A DNA stretch of 64,000 bases from Paraspadella gotoi (lineage: Eukaryota; Animalia; Chaetognatha): the NCBI GenBank assembly GCA_051294375.1, contig CM119265.1, forward strand, positions 23,026,099 through 23,090,098, written 5' to 3'. This document shows positions 11,651-25,690 of this stretch, piece by piece. Made by a program: the position numbers and the translations under genes. Numbering within the stretch: position 1 is the first letter of the stretch; each line of letters begins with the position of its first letter. The notes beneath the pieces were generated by a model. The model made no database searches. It was not told the DNA's origin and saw only the letters and a list, made by a program, of their open reading frames with translations.

Positions 11651-12829
11651 CCATCGTTTATTGATTGATTTTATCGAAAAAGAGATAGAGACAGAGAACA
11701 GAGACAGAGAGAGACGAAAAAAGAAAGAAGAAGTCGCTAACTAGACAAATAAACGGACCTTTAATTTTTTTTAAAAATCATTGATAAGAGATTATTTTTT
11801 TTTTTGGCCAGTTAAAAGAATTTTTTTTTTTACTTCCTATTTTACACTGGGGCAAAAAGATTATCGAGAGACTAGTAAACCATTTTATTCTATTTACTTG
11901 GTCATTTTCGTCATTCAAACTTAGGTGAGGTTATATTTTGCAATGTGGGTTTCTTTACCTATAAAAGAAAATGAGCTTTTGAATCTCGATCTACGATTCG
12001 ATCGTAAATCTTTCTTTTTTTTTACACTCTCTTTCTTTCTTTATATGGAGGATTTTTCACAATTTAACGGAGACCTTCTTCTTTCTAATTGCCTAATTTG
12101 TTGTTCACCGGAACTTTAAATCTAATAGTAGGGAAATCCTAGTAGCTGGCGTTGGCAGTTTCAACTTAACCTTTCCGTTATTTTATACTAGTTTCTTAAT
12201 GTCCCATGAGAGCGCTGTTAAATTTTATTATAAAAAAAACAAATGAGCATAATGACACTTTCTTTTATACGTTTGTTAATTAACTAATTAACTAATTAAT
12301 TAATTATTAGGTCACCATTGTGCTATTCTCTTTGTTTTGACAAAATTATTTCTACCAAAAATCTACCATGCGCCATGCTGCCGTATTTCGGTAATTATAT
12401 TTTTTTTCTCTTTGATATTGCAATAGTAAAAAAATATCTTTTTCTTTATACAGTTTATCAGCTTTGCCTGTGAATTGTGTCGACGAATATAAATTTACGA
12501 CTTACGGCCAGGGCCAGAAGTTTGAAAACTCCTTCAAAGTCCTAGATAAAAACAAGTAATATATAGTAACAATATTATTTAATTAATGTAATTAATATAA
12601 ATAAATCTTGTCTTAGATTGATATTGCAAAACAAAAGCATTTTACCATCTCTTCCTTCGCCGGGGGCTTTACGAGACCACCTCAAAAGAGGGTTGAATCG
12701 ATTGAGAAAGAGAGAAGGTCAAGACAGCTCAAAGATGGGTGAACGGGAACCAAAGCGAAAAGGTACAAGTTTGTTCATTTTTCGTTTGTTTATTTTTTCA
12801 CCAGAAAAATAAAAAATTATCACGTATTT

Positions 12830-15530
12830 TAATAGACGCCTTAGATTTATCGCATGCTGAATTGACGATTGCGATGGACGCCTTTACAGGTCGAACCGCA
12901 ACACCCACGTCGCAATCAGCAATTTGCGCCGAAGATCGAGGCTATTGGCGCCCCACGCCATCATCCACTCATTCATCGATTCAGGGCCTTTTTAACGTCT
13001 CGGCGCGTTCTCGAGCGGCGTTGGTAAAAAGCCTTGCAAGATGGTAATTGTTAAAAACAACGCACGAAAGAAATGAGAGAAAGAGAAAAGTAAATAAAAA
13101 AAAATTGCCGGACACCACATATTTTTTTAGACCGCAGGCTCTCCCTTCGTCAGGCCGGACTACATTGCGCGCACAAAGGGGGAGGACGTCGACGACATGC
13201 ATTTCGCCGAGCCGCAAGCTTGACGCCAGCGAGTTACTGGACCCTCCTTCGACTTAGCGTTACAGATGGCGTCACTGCTCGCTCTCGCGACCAACCAAAC
13301 GGCTATCGTGTGTCCACAAAGGAAAGACTTCGTCTCCTTCTCTCAATAAATGGCGCTGGGGTCGGTCCGGTCTGCTCCGTGACGGGCTGTCCGTGGGACC
13401 GGTTTACTCTTTATCGTTCTAAATCTGCGGGCGGATTGAAGCCGGGTCACTCGCGTCGTTTCTCAACAAGAACGAGATGGAGCGTTTGGCGTTTCAGATA
13501 GCCCTGTATGAGGTTACGCATTCAAGACGAGGTCCTGAATAAGGTCTGGAGAGATTACCCTCGCATAGCCGTATTGTTGCCGACAGATTGTCCAACGCTG
13601 GCCCTACGCTTGACCCCTCCGTCGCATTCAATCCACGACAAAGCGCCTGTCTGGGCCACAGACTGAAAGCCACCCCGCTATACCCCTTCCCTCAGAAGCT
13701 CGAGATTATTACTCAAGCTCAATATAGCAGAATCGACGACAGCGTTCAAACGCCAACATCCGTCCACTTTAAGGGCCCTTAGCTTCTCATTCAGACAGCG
13801 CCAACAGCGCTTAGTGAGCTCTCTTTGACTTTGCGTTCATCTCAAATTTGGACGGCGAGTCCCTATATTCGTTCACCTCCCACGCTCCATACCCGCCGTG
13901 ACCCGACGAGTTTTAGGAGGTGTGCTTAAAGTTTGGTCAATAAAAAAATTCTCCTAAGGCCACTGGAACAACTTTTTTCTTCTTTTTTATAAAGAAGAAA
14001 AATGAAAAAAAAGTTATCTATCATCTAAACACGAATGGTTGATTGATTTAAAAAAAAAAATGATGTTATCATTTTTTACTGCGATGCTTCCATTAATAAT
14101 CAGATTGCGCCGCGCGCGCTGGACGTGCCGTTAATCGTTTAGGTTGATTAAACAAGCGCACTAATTGAACGACTTCCATGGAAGGATGAACCCTATGCGG
14201 AAGATGGACTCCGGACAAAGATCATAAGTGGTACTAACGCCGCGGGTCGGCGTCATAAAGTTTCACCCCCTCCTCTGAACAACTAGTCACCAAATCGCAC
14301 TCATGGCTTTTAGTCAAGCGTCTTTTGCAGACTTTAACGACTGCCTATCGAATCTCTCACGAAAACTTTTATTACCTCTTCATCATTCGGACCGAACTGG
14401 TAACGCGACGTTTCTTCGTCTACGCGTTTCGACCCTCCTTTGCGCTGGCTCAGAGTTAAGGCGAGACATCGTGAGAATCATGAGTCTCTCTCGCGCCACC
14501 GAACCTTCAACTTTTGTACCGTCTCCATGGAGCAAGAGCGTCAGATCTGTTACTACCATCCCCGGACGTTCTTACCGCGCTTAAATTAACTCAGTTTGTT
14601 TTTTCTCCGGAGCAAGATTACCGGCGATCACCTGCACCAAGACATGTTGTTAATCATTCTTTGCCGATTCGGCGAGAATTGGCATCATTTTTGCCGGAAA
14701 AGTGGTTTAATCGATACGACGCGTGTCTTTCGCTTTTCATACTCTCTTTAAACCGACGAGGGTATGTCATGGCGATACGATTCCATCGCCCACAAAAAAT
14801 ATTTTTTAAGCGATGACAATAAAAAAACTTATTTGTCGATATCATCTTACACTGGCCAGAAAGAAGTTAATGAAGCACTTCTGTAATATAAATCACCACA
14901 TATTTTTTATTCCGTACCCTACGTAGAGGCGGAATGTACTGCAATTAGTCTGTCGCTGTTTATCAAGGTCCTATATCTCTTATAAATGTAGACTCTTAAA
15001 CTTTATTCAAAATGATTTTTTTTTTAAAAACAGATGGCTTAATTCATATAAACTTAGCTCTTGTGACTATTTTAAACAAATTTCGGTTATGTAAACTTTA
15101 TGGGTCATGGATCAAGGTATATTTTCATTGACTGAGACCCACTAGTCTTTATCTCGAGCCGATAATAGCGATTAAAAAAAACTGTCAAATCTTCTCGCGC
15201 TTGATTTGGGTCTGCTTGGGAGAACTTCTCTCACCAATATGCTGTTGCGGAAGCTGAAGATGAAAAGTAACAATACTCTACAGATATCTGGCCCACGAGA
15301 ACATCGAATCTTTTTTCAGACGCGTTTTATGAAATATTGCGAGGGACGAAGAGAGGACTCCTCGGGACATCGATCAAATACCTGAAAAACTTGTATCGAA
15401 AATGGTCAGTGCTCGGCTCCCTGAATGACGACGTTGAGTAGATTCGACTCGTTGAAGATTCGTCACATTTAACATCTTGCCTTCGCAAATCATTACCAGT
15501 TCTTGAAACCACTTTGGGGTTCATTGTTTA
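12830..15530 (+). pseudogene. Multi-exon coding-like region(s), frameshifted, product unknown
   Basis: GC-richer blocks alternate with short AT-rich GT..AG segments (for example the intron at about 13044-13130 and the acceptor at 15283). No domain was recognised. Confidence 0.35.
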
Positions 15531-15778
15531 ACGTTTCGTTATCTTATGTCCATCTATTTTCTAAATTACTATAAACCACCGTTTGTTATTTCTAAACGGA
15601 ATCAATGTTCTTTCGGCCGTTTATTTCAGATTGGCAAATAGAATTGAATTCTTCGTGAGGTTTAATGTCTTGAAGAAAGAGATAGAAAACTTAAATTGTT
15701 TCGTCTAATGACTACTTTTTTTTTTTACCCCCCAAAATATCTCCAAAGATAGACAAAGACAGAGGGATGGATATTCAC

Positions 15779-16086
15779 GGATATTCATCTCCCTTGCCTT
15801 ACCCGAATCGGATATTCNNNNNNNNNNNNNNNNNNNNNNNNNNNNNNNNNNNNNNNNNNNNNNNNNNNNNNNNNNNNNNNNNNNNNNNNNNNNNNNNNNN
15901 NNNNNNNNNNNNNNNNNNNNNNNNNNNNNNNNNNNNNNNNNNNNNNNNNNNNNNNNNNNNNNNNNNNNNNNNNNNNNNNNNNNNNNNNNNNNNNNNNNNN
16001 NNNNNNNNNNNNNNNNNNNNNNNNNNNNNNNNNNNNNNNNNNNNNNNGCCTTACCCGAATCGGATATTCATCTCCCTTGCCTTACC
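15779..16086 (+). repeat. 31-bp minisatellite (GGATATTCATCTCCCTTGCCTTACCCGAATC) spanning an N run
   Basis: The same unit is present on both sides of the gap at 15818-16047. Confidence 0.8.
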
Positions 16087-16815
16087 CTTATCCTCACCCG
16101 AATCGGCGGCAACTTTCCAAAGGCCGCGGCGTGACCGAAGAAGGAAGTGTTGAATCCGAATTGTTGGTGAAAGACTGTGAGATTCGGCGTCGTGACGGGA
16201 AGAGAACTGTCGACCCTTGGAGGGGGGNNNNNNNNNNNNNNNNNNNNNNNNNNNNNNNNNNNNNNNNNNNNNNNNNNNNNNNNNNNNNNNNNNNNNNNNN
16301 NNNNNNNNNNNNNNNNNNNNNNNNNNNNNNNNNNNNNNNNNNNNNNNNNNNNNNNNNNNNNNNNNNNNNNNNNNNNNNNNNNNNNNNNNNNNNNNNNNNN
16401 NNNNNNNNNNNNNNNNNNNNNNNNNNNNNNNNNNNNNNNNNNNTCTCTCTCTCTCTTTCCTCGCCTTCCTTTTAATCGGAATTTACCGACAAGGAATTAT
16501 CGTTTGATTCGTTTCTCACCAAAACTACGACTTATGTAAATCGCGGGAAAAAAAAGGAAAAAGAGATTTAAAACTTTTTTATAGCCAATAATTTTTTTTA
16601 AAAGAGTTTTTTTTCTCCAACTTCATGGAACTTTATGACAAAAAAGGATAGATAAAAGGAAGATTGAAAAGGGAAAAAAAGAAAGGAGAAACGAAGCTTG
16701 AAAAAAAAGGAAAAATAAAGGTAATAAAAGGATGAAATGATAAACGAGAGTACTAGAGTACATAGTAAAGTGAGGAGGAGGAGAAAGTGAGAGACGAAGA
16801 TTTGTGAGTGAGGAA

Positions 16816-16950
<135 letters not shown>

Positions 16951-17526
16951 AGCCGTTCCCAAATCACCTGTAGAAGAAATAGTCGTCCGGCGATTTTTCT
17001 CTCGCGACATTTCCGCCTCCATTTCTGGTTCGCTCAGTTCCGGCACTCGCGGTTCCATCGTTTTCCTTTCCGGCGCTTCCTTTTCCGCCCATCAAGATTC
17101 CGGCGCTGCCGTTTCCGGCGAATTCTCTTTCGCTTCCAGAGTTTGTGACTTTTTCTTCTTTGACTCGAAGAAAATTTTGCGTCGAATTTTTAACTTTTTC
17201 TCCTTTTTTGATTTGATTCTATGAAAAAATAAAAAAAAAATAAAAAAATAAAAATAAAATAATATGAATTCAAAATATAATGTTTGTCAAAAAAAGACAA
17301 CAGACCCGTCCCACCTTTTTTATACATTATGAATGTTTAATCATGCATACTTCAAATGTTATCGGTATTTATTAAAACAAATTTTCTATTTTTTTCTCTT
17401 TTCAATAATTTTTTCTACCTCACTCTTTCACATAGTAAAAAACGTAAGTAGTAACATCTGTCCCAAAGTTGTCACATATGCTCGACGTAAACTAAAATAA
17501 AAAAGTTATCATTTGGAAGATCATCT

Positions 17527-17608
17527 GCAGTTGTGGCCGAGTGGTTAAGGCGACTGACTAGAAATCAGTTACGGTCTCCGTGCACAGGTTCGAATCCTGT
17601 CAACTGCG
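17527..17608 (+). tRNA. tRNA-Ser (anticodon AGA), 82 nt, no intron
   Basis: Acceptor stem GCAGTTG/CAACTGC, A box TGGCCGAGTGG, anticodon arm ACTGA-CTAGAAA-TCAGT (AGA at 17560-62), long variable arm ACGG-TCT-CCGT, B box GGTTCGAATCC, discriminator G, TTTT at 17613-16. Confidence 0.97.
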
Positions 17609-19145
17609 AATATTTTAACCTTCCTTATTTATAGTTAGGCGTCATTTGATGATAATCAATAACTTTTAAATATACATCACGTTTTTTCGGCTGCACTTAT
17701 AACACTTTCCAGTTGTTTCGTCACATTCGATCAACATCGCGCTATTACATCCGTTTCCCATTCTACATCCGGGACTTGGAATTCTCCGTCCCTTGCCAAA
17801 GCGAGAAGGAAAACATCTCCAAGAGACGATAAGGGAGTGAAGACCGAAGGAGTGGGCAATTGTGGGGTTTTTGTGTGGGACAATTGTGGGCAATTGCGTG
17901 GTTTTTGTGTTGGTAAATTGTGGGCAGGAAAGTTAATTGTCGAATTAATCAGAGGAATTGAAACGCAAAACGTGAGAACTCTTGTTGCTTTAGATTTTGT
18001 CGTCGTCGTCGTCGTCAAAGAAAAATGACGCAGTTATCATAGCTCGTCGAGCTCGATAAGTTGTCCAAACGAACAACAACTATAACAGGTATCAAAGTCG
18101 ATTTTTCATAGTCAACGTCATCATTGTCATCATGATCGTCATAATCATAATCATTATCGTCTTCATCGTGGTCGTTGTCGTCAATCGACGTCGTAGCGAA
18201 TGGAGAGTGAAAGAGAGAGAGTGAGCGAAGTTATGGAGTGCGACACTAAACACAACACTACCACGATGCGACAATACTGAATTGTTGCGATTGTGATGAA
18301 TCTTCAGTGATATTCGCTCTATCATCACTGAAGACTGATAGAGTTTCAGAAGAAGTGTTTATTCAGAACACACTTCTGTGTGGTTCTCTCACTCATAGCT
18401 TGCCCTTTTGATCGTTCTCTCTGGTGTTGCGTTTGGGTTGAAACTCGAACCAACCAATTATCCCCCGAAACCTGCTTTTCGATTATTTTTCTTTTAATTT
18501 TCGCCCACTTTTTTTTTGATTTTTTTTTATTCGTTTTTTTTTACTCTCTGTCTCTTCGATAATAATTAGAGAAATTTGAACTTTTTTTTTCAGAAACTTT
18601 TGTAACTTTGGGTATTGGTGTAACACAAAGAAGAAAGACAACAAATTTTCGTTTTTTATACAACATAAAACGAGGATGTTAAGTTTTTCTTTGCTTTTTG
18701 ACCAAAACCAAACAAGAAACCAAAGAACTGGTACAAAAACAAAAAAAAATAAACAAATAAACAATAAAAAACAAAGGAAAAAAATTTTGAAGTGGATTCT
18801 ATTTGAAAAATATCGTTGGCGTTTTTTCAGACTAATTGTAAAATACACACTACGGCAGAAAGGAAAATTTTCAACGCAAAACCAAATAAAGGCTTAAGCT
18901 CGAAATTGTCTCTCAAAGAATGTCAAACTTTCTAATTAAATAACTCTTTTTCTTCCTCTTTTTATAAACAAAAAAAGGGAACCGCCGACCAATTTTCTTC
19001 TTGGTTTTAAACTGAACATACCTTCGTCTAACAATTTGTTATGGTTCTGTTAGCTTATAATTATGCTCCTCGCCACACGGAAAACAAATTCAAAATGACC
19101 AAGAGATCGAGGACCGCGTTTCGCAAGAACCAAAAATGGCGCCCG

Positions 19146-19850
19146 TTACGGGAAGAAGCTACCGGCGCTCCCGGTCGAAGATGCGGCCCCAAACTGCAGC
19201 AGCGTCTCTTTAGCACCACCGCCCTTCAAACCACAGCAGCCTATGATCCGACGTTTCTTCGCTGACTTCTGCCGAGTTAGCGAAGCTGTGTCTCCGCGAA
19301 ATCGCCGCATCCCTCTCGACGCTGGAGGTGCCGGAGCCTCCTGCGTCGAAGAATCGACGATGCGACGGCGCCTTAGCATCCGAGCCTTACGGCCTGCCAC
19401 AGCGCCCGGCTTAACGTCATCCAGCGCCTCCGACTGGAAAACGTCCCTCAGGCCGAAACTGGTAAACGCAAAATGGAATCTCTGGATTCAGTGCGACACT
19501 TCGAAACCCTCGGCAGGGGATTTTGTGCTCGCGTTATTTTGAATCGCTTGTTTTACCTCGTTGGCGCCGGCGTCCGAGCCGACGTGCGTCATCGCGCCCT
19601 CTGACGTCACCCGGCGTCGCATCGGGCGTCGTTCGTCACGCCGGCGACGAAATAATTCGTTCCGTCTGAATACGAAGAAACAAAAACGTCGATCGTAAAA
19701 CAATCCGCGAGGACAAAAATAAACGATTCGAAGCCCGCGACGCCACGTATTCGCTCGCAGGCAGAATTCCATGGCGCAACGGATCACAGATTCGCGAACT
19801 TCGGCGCAGAAATCGCTAAAAAAATGATTGTTAAAGTTGGAAAACCGCAA
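19146..19850 (-). pseudogene. ~235-codon frame interrupted by one TGA (19488-90), with weak Gag-like similarity
   Basis: ORF-track entries 19488..19850 and 19146..19400 are in the same frame. The junction reads GFEVSH*IQRFHFAFTSFGLRD. Confidence 0.25.
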
Positions 19851-20299
19851 TTGACTGAGGCCATCATACTTCAGCGAAGATATGAAGCCCGATGTACGAT
19901 TGGCTCCGCACTAATTGAATGTTCGAAACTGGAACGTCAGCCCTAAAACGAGACATTTTATTCTGAGCCACGATACGCTTCACGCCTCGCGGACGGATAT
20001 CCATGCGCCGCTTGTTGACAAATCAGCAATTATCGAGCACAAGTGGTCGCGGCCACGAGGACAATGGTCCCCACCGGGACAATGAGTGGTTGAACATGCG
20101 AATCTGCCAGTTTAATAAGCGAAGGACAACGATCGCCGGACCGGTATGAAAATGACAAAGATGGAAGATGGATCGTCGTCGACCTTGTAGAATCTTGATC
20201 AACCAGTCGATTCCGTCGGGCGAATCAACGACTTCAACAACTAAAACATGAACAACAACAACAAACATCCCGAGTGGTAGCAGGGTAATGTTTCATCCA

Positions 20300-23200
20300 C
20301 GAGCAAAAACGACGATATTTTGAATCAAACTCATGCATCACGACGACGGACGACGAACGGACGATCACGACGACAGGATATCGAGCGGTAGTATAGAAAG
20401 CGATCGTCTTTCACGAGGGGGTGGTCTCGCAAGGCGACCTTTCAGAAATATGTCGTCGAGAATTCCCCCCCACGATCTCACGGCATTCTCCGCATCACGG
20501 CGATTAACAAAATCTTCCGCCGGATATCCGCCGCATTCGAGTCCGATCTCGCCGACGCATCTCCTCGTCCCGCTCAAAGATGATGAATTTTCCCGCGCGC
20601 CCCGCCCCGAGCACCACCGCCCCCCCGGCCGCCGCGCACCCCAAAAATACTAAGCCACAAAAACAAAAACAGCGGAAAACAAAATCGATTTTTTCGTCGT
20701 GAACGAAGTCGTTTTTTTCTGTCGACAGTCGGAGATTGATTTGACATGCTCGACCCGAGGCGAATCGGACTTCGACAGATCGAAGCGAAACAGCCAACAG
20801 CTCATAAGGCAGCAGTTTTTTGAACAGCACGCGCTTTTCGTTGGCGACGAAGGACCATACCCTTCGGGAAGAAAGTTGGGCCAAATAGGTGAGCGTTGAA
20901 TTATAATTTACGTTTCTATTACACCTGTTTGTTGCGTATTAGTAAATTTAAAGAGTAAAAGTAAAATCATGAACTTAAACTGCTTGGCATTGATTTAACT
21001 TTAATTTAATCAAACATTTGCTGATTTGAATCAAACTTCAAAATGAATTACGATAGAACCACTTTTTCAAGATATCGAATCGCGAACACGAAAGCATACA
21101 ACTCACCAACCCTCCGACATGACTCCCCCGAACCTTGCGTTCCACCCCCAACCCCTTCCCCAACCCGGGCCGCAGCATCTCGCCACGAAGCATCCCTCCA
21201 ATCCCTCGTCGACGCCTCCACATCGGCTAGCGGCGAGGCGTTCTAGGCTTCAGTTTCTGAAGTCGACGTCGAATCCGACGCCGAATTCGACTTCGAATGT
21301 GGAGGGAGTGAAGTCGCGAAGAGTATGGGAGGTCGCTCGCCGAAAAGATTCGGGGCCTCAAGCGCATTAATACAACACTTAAAAAACATTTAAATATTTA
21401 AAATTACTCTAAAAATACTCTAATTTTAGGTTCACCCCCCCGTCGCCCATTCGTCGTCGACGCTCCCGATCTCCCCTCAAGGACGCATGAGACCATCTTC
21501 GAACCCCTGCACCTTCAATAACCAGACTGCCACCGCCGCGACGCCGCTTGCCGCCATTGAGAACGATCGCCCGCGGCAGCTTCGGGCGATCTACGAACCC
21601 GTTTGCTTGCCTGGCATCGGGAGAGGGTACAGACGGCTACGCAGCACTGTAGACCAGTAGGCGCAGTCTGGTCGCGGTCGCGCGCAGAGATCTGACTCAC
21701 AGCGTACATTCTACGAAAAACGTCGCGGTCGGAATCGTAGGCGAAATCGGGAGAGGCGCCGCGGTTAAAGCAAGTTTGAGAACAAGTGACGCGACGAGAC
21801 GAGCGACGACGATTGACAAAAATTATTTTTACGGATGAAGTTTCCGATAGGAAAACGAAGGAAAACGAGTTTAGAATCTTTGGAAATCGGGAAAATCGCC
21901 CGACGAAAAAACAAACAAACTGCAATCGCAGCGCCTATATCGGAATCTGCAGCATCGCCGGCCTCCACCTCTTTTCATCCGTCCTCCGGTTTACTCAGAG
22001 CCAGCAAAAAGAAAACCCGCGAAATATCGGCGAAGAAAACACCTCAGCTCCTACGATCTGCTCCCGACGCCGAGTCCGGATCTCTCGCGCCGAGACCTGT
22101 CCCCTGCGAAGAGACTTTCCTGGACTTCGATCAACGAATAATCTCCAAGCCTAATCGCCCCGCTTTTATCCGCGACGAAAAGGATGGAGAGCGTTGCTCA
22201 GCAGCGAGACAAGAAACAAAGCGCTTGAGGGAGTCCCACTATGACCGCCGCCGCTGCGTCGAGAGGCGTTAGGAAAGCGACATCGAACGTCTCGGTTGGA
22301 AGGCAGAAGCTGTTAGCATCTATCGAGGCGGCCTGAAGCGTCGGAAAGTGGCGAGTACGAGCTTCCAGCGACCGGTTCAAGCGAAGGTGTGGACGAAGAG
22401 TGGTGCTTCAGACTTCGGAAGTGCTAGCAGAATTCCTCAAGCTGACGCCCTGTAGCGGCAGGATTTGCGACCAAAATTGATCTTCGCAGTCGTTGGGAAC
22501 GGAAAGGGCCCGAGACTGGGGATGCGCAGCGTAAGAACAGAATGGTTTGACGAAAAACGGTCTGGATTCTAGGTGACGGGACGATTGGAGCAGGAACGAA
22601 AGAACCAGTCGAATTGAGGACCCGCGGAGGACGTCAGTTCCTGACAAGATTGTTGCAGCGCAGCGGCGCCACTTCTGAGCGTCAAGTGGAAGATGCGGAA
22701 ACCCTTTACGAGCCCGTTTCGGCCAGACGATCGGAGTCCGCGACATTGAACGCGGAATCGAAATCCATTCCGGCGGCCGAATCGGAAGACCATCGAACTG
22801 AGACTTAGAGAAATAATGAAGTTAGTCGTCGTATGAAAAACAGCCGAGATCATTTCCGACGGGGAAGTTGATAACGAAAAGCATAGAGAGGAAAAAGGAA
22901 GCAGACGATTCGTGAAAATCGGGGTTCCCGGAATGAGAAGAGAGAGAATGTACAGGTTCTGTACAGGGTTCATCAGATCAACTAGAAGTGCGAAGAAAAA
23001 CTCTTGCCGCAGTACGATGGACGAACAAGTGAATGGCCTCGCCTCTAATTTAAATCACTGACGAATAGACACGAAAATGTCGAAAGTGGAAAATTGAAAA
23101 TGGAGACGGTTGATCTTCAGAACTTTCCCGAATGAAAGTTAGACGAGGCAAAAAAATAGCGAAGCCGTTGGGAGGAAGAGCGATCGTTGAAGCAAATAAC

Positions 23201-25690
23201 GGAAAAAAATGGAGAAAAGCGATCAGGCGATACCCGGCACAATTTCGTTTAAGGTTTTGTCAAAAAAGTAAAATTCCAAGGAACCTGATTTAATTGAAGA
23301 CGTAAACGATTGCCGAAACGGTAAATATAAAAAAAGGCAAGCTGTGTACAATGGATCTTGAATTATGTCGGAAATGTTTCGATTAACGTCGAAGAAGCAA
23401 AAGTGTCGAAAAGACTTCGTCACGTGCAGTAATCGGTAAAAAGTCTCCAGTTGACCAGCGCGGATATTACTCGCACCTCACGAGGACTTCCGCGTCGCGA
23501 ACTGGCGGATGACTCTTCAAGTCAACCGAAAATGTACTCATAACATTGGTACGCGAAGTGCAGAATGGAAAAACGAACTTTAAACGGCGAGGTGTAAGCT
23601 CCAATTTGACTTCCGTAAAAGAAAAGACGCGGATCTAGTGCCCCGCACGGAACGGAACCGTAAGGAAAAATGTACCATACCGCGAAGGGAAACGAAGAAG
23701 TAAGAACTGTCCTCGGAAAACATGAAGAGCCGAACACTGTTTGGATCTCAATGTGATGGATTAGGTTCGGAGAATCAGACATCCTGACTCCATGCCGCAT
23801 GGGACGAACTAGCGAAATGAATGCACGAGAAATGAGATGGAGGACAGAAATCCGAGGAGAGAATTAAGAGAAGTAACTCAGAGAAGAAGTGAAACGAATC
23901 GTATCCGTGAGGCCTATATGGGTGCGCACAAAGTAAAGCACTGGACGAGGCGCGAATCGGACCTCGTTGACAGAAATGAAGCAGATTGTGGATCGAGTTG
24001 AATTGGTCTTCGCATCATGAGAAACAGTGGTCTCTTCGGTCCAAGAAAAAAATGGTTCATGCCAACAGAGATGAACCGGTTTCGCGCCCGCCCCAGAAAA
24101 ATTTTGTTCGACTCTCGAAAACGAAATGTGCTATGTCAGTTAGCGACAGAAGAATATCATCTCTTTGCCCGTGAGGAGGAACGCATTGACGCAAAACCAA
24201 GTAAAAGTAATGTTCCAGAGGCCTGAAAAATGAAATCAGACTTAGAAATAAAAGAGGAAATTGCGTAAAAGACAACGAATTGAAACCGATTCAGAGAACA
24301 GAAATTAATTCGCGGCATTTTAAGGCAGACGTCGTGGACGGCAGAAGATGAGTCGATGTCTACATCCCCGGAGAAAAACAATCTCCAGAAACGCAAAAAA
24401 TAGGAATCTGTATTGTGGACACTTAAAAACGAGGGCCGGCAAACGACAATGACAGAAAGGGACAATCCATAACCACGCGCGGTAAGAAAACTAATCTCTG
24501 TATCGTGCCAAGGAGAATTGAATTCGGCTTGTCGACTATCTTTCCACGCGGCCCACAGCCCGCGATTGCTTCTTGCTCAGCGTCTTGCAACCAAGTAAGA
24601 CTCGATATTTCCCACCCAGAAAGTAAGTAACCTCCCTATCATACGGCCCGCATTCTCCGGAGTTCTGAACGGAAAAAAACAAGTTAATCTTCATACCGCG
24701 AAGAAAGATTCCATCTCCCGCGACTAGAAATGAAGCCGAACTCGAAGACCCGGTATGAAGAAGCGACCTCCTTCGCCAGAACTGACCTTCAACGCCCGCG
24801 CGCACAAGAATCGATCGTAATCGCCGAAAAAGCCGTCCCGTCTGCACCAATGTCCGCAGGTCTCTACAACCTAGTCATCGGGCAATCTCGAACTTATCAG
24901 CGCCTCAAGCAGGAAAAACTCGAGTCTCTCGCAGTGTGCTATCAGTAAGAATCAATCTGCCCGCGGTCCAGGAGAAATACGGCCGCCTTGATTGGCGATA
25001 AAAAAAGAGATAAAATTTAATAACAAGAAGACTCAAATTTCCGTTTCGTGGAAGCGAGCTCGAAAGATCTTCCCGATTACTACTCCTCTGGGCGCAAAAC
25101 GAGAGATTACGATTTCGTGCGAGTCGCTTACTGCACTCACGACCTCAAGGAAGAAAAATCAGAACACTCACTTCCACTCTACCTTCACTTATGCCACATG
25201 CGCGGGCAAGCTCCGTCACTGTCGATGCTGAAGGATGGCCTCCCAGATGCGAAACGCCGGGATTGGATGTGCGCGTTACAGTTCACTCATCCTCGACCAT
25301 TATACATCTCTTTTCATCCAATACGCTACGAGCAGCAGTCATCAGCGATGCGTGGAGGGCACGCGATGCCAGACCGCCTCTGGTGGTGATGTAGGACCGT
25401 GCTGATCACCTGGTAATCCGGATGAAGCTATTCCGTGAAGACGATCGCCTCGATGCGATGACCGTGCTCCGGGATCGCAATCTAGATCATCCCCCCATTC
25501 ATACTCGGTCATGTACCTTGGGCTATTGAGTGCTGATGTTCGTCGATAAGCACGGATCGAACCACCGATGCAGCTCACGGGCTGACTGCTCACAGGGCCC
25601 GTGATCACTCCAGCGACCTCAGAACTGACCGTCCTGAGAGGTCACCTCGCCCAGAGAAGGCTAGCGCTAGAAGCTATCGAAACCTGATGC
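20300..25690 (+). CDS. Large frameshifted gene with a C-terminal DEDDy 3'-5' exonuclease-like domain (RNase D/WRN/EXD family)
   Basis: Motifs in the expected order across frames: VTVDAEG (25215-35, ExoI), WMCALQF (25264-84), GGDVG..ADHL (25382-412, ExoII-like), YLG...VDK (25514-50), ADCSQGP (25581-601, cf. SDWxxRPL). Upstream splice signals include the GTGAGC donor at 20889. The gene limits are approximate. Confidence 0.5.

Noticed and set aside
11800-14870. Tc1/mariner-like termini (TACACTGG at about 11843 and 14848)
   Set aside because: The two matches are in the same orientation, are short, and no DD(E/D) transposase was recognised between them.
19440-19510. His-Me finger homing endonuclease (EVSH)
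   Set aside because: The following LCH...C.NP.HL motif is absent in all frames.
24840-24950. Reverse transcriptase motif (MSAGLYN..TYQRL, cf. MPFGLxNAPxTFQR)
   Set aside because: No YxDD follows. The downstream VDAEG fits a DEDDy exonuclease better than RNase H, and no LTRs were seen.
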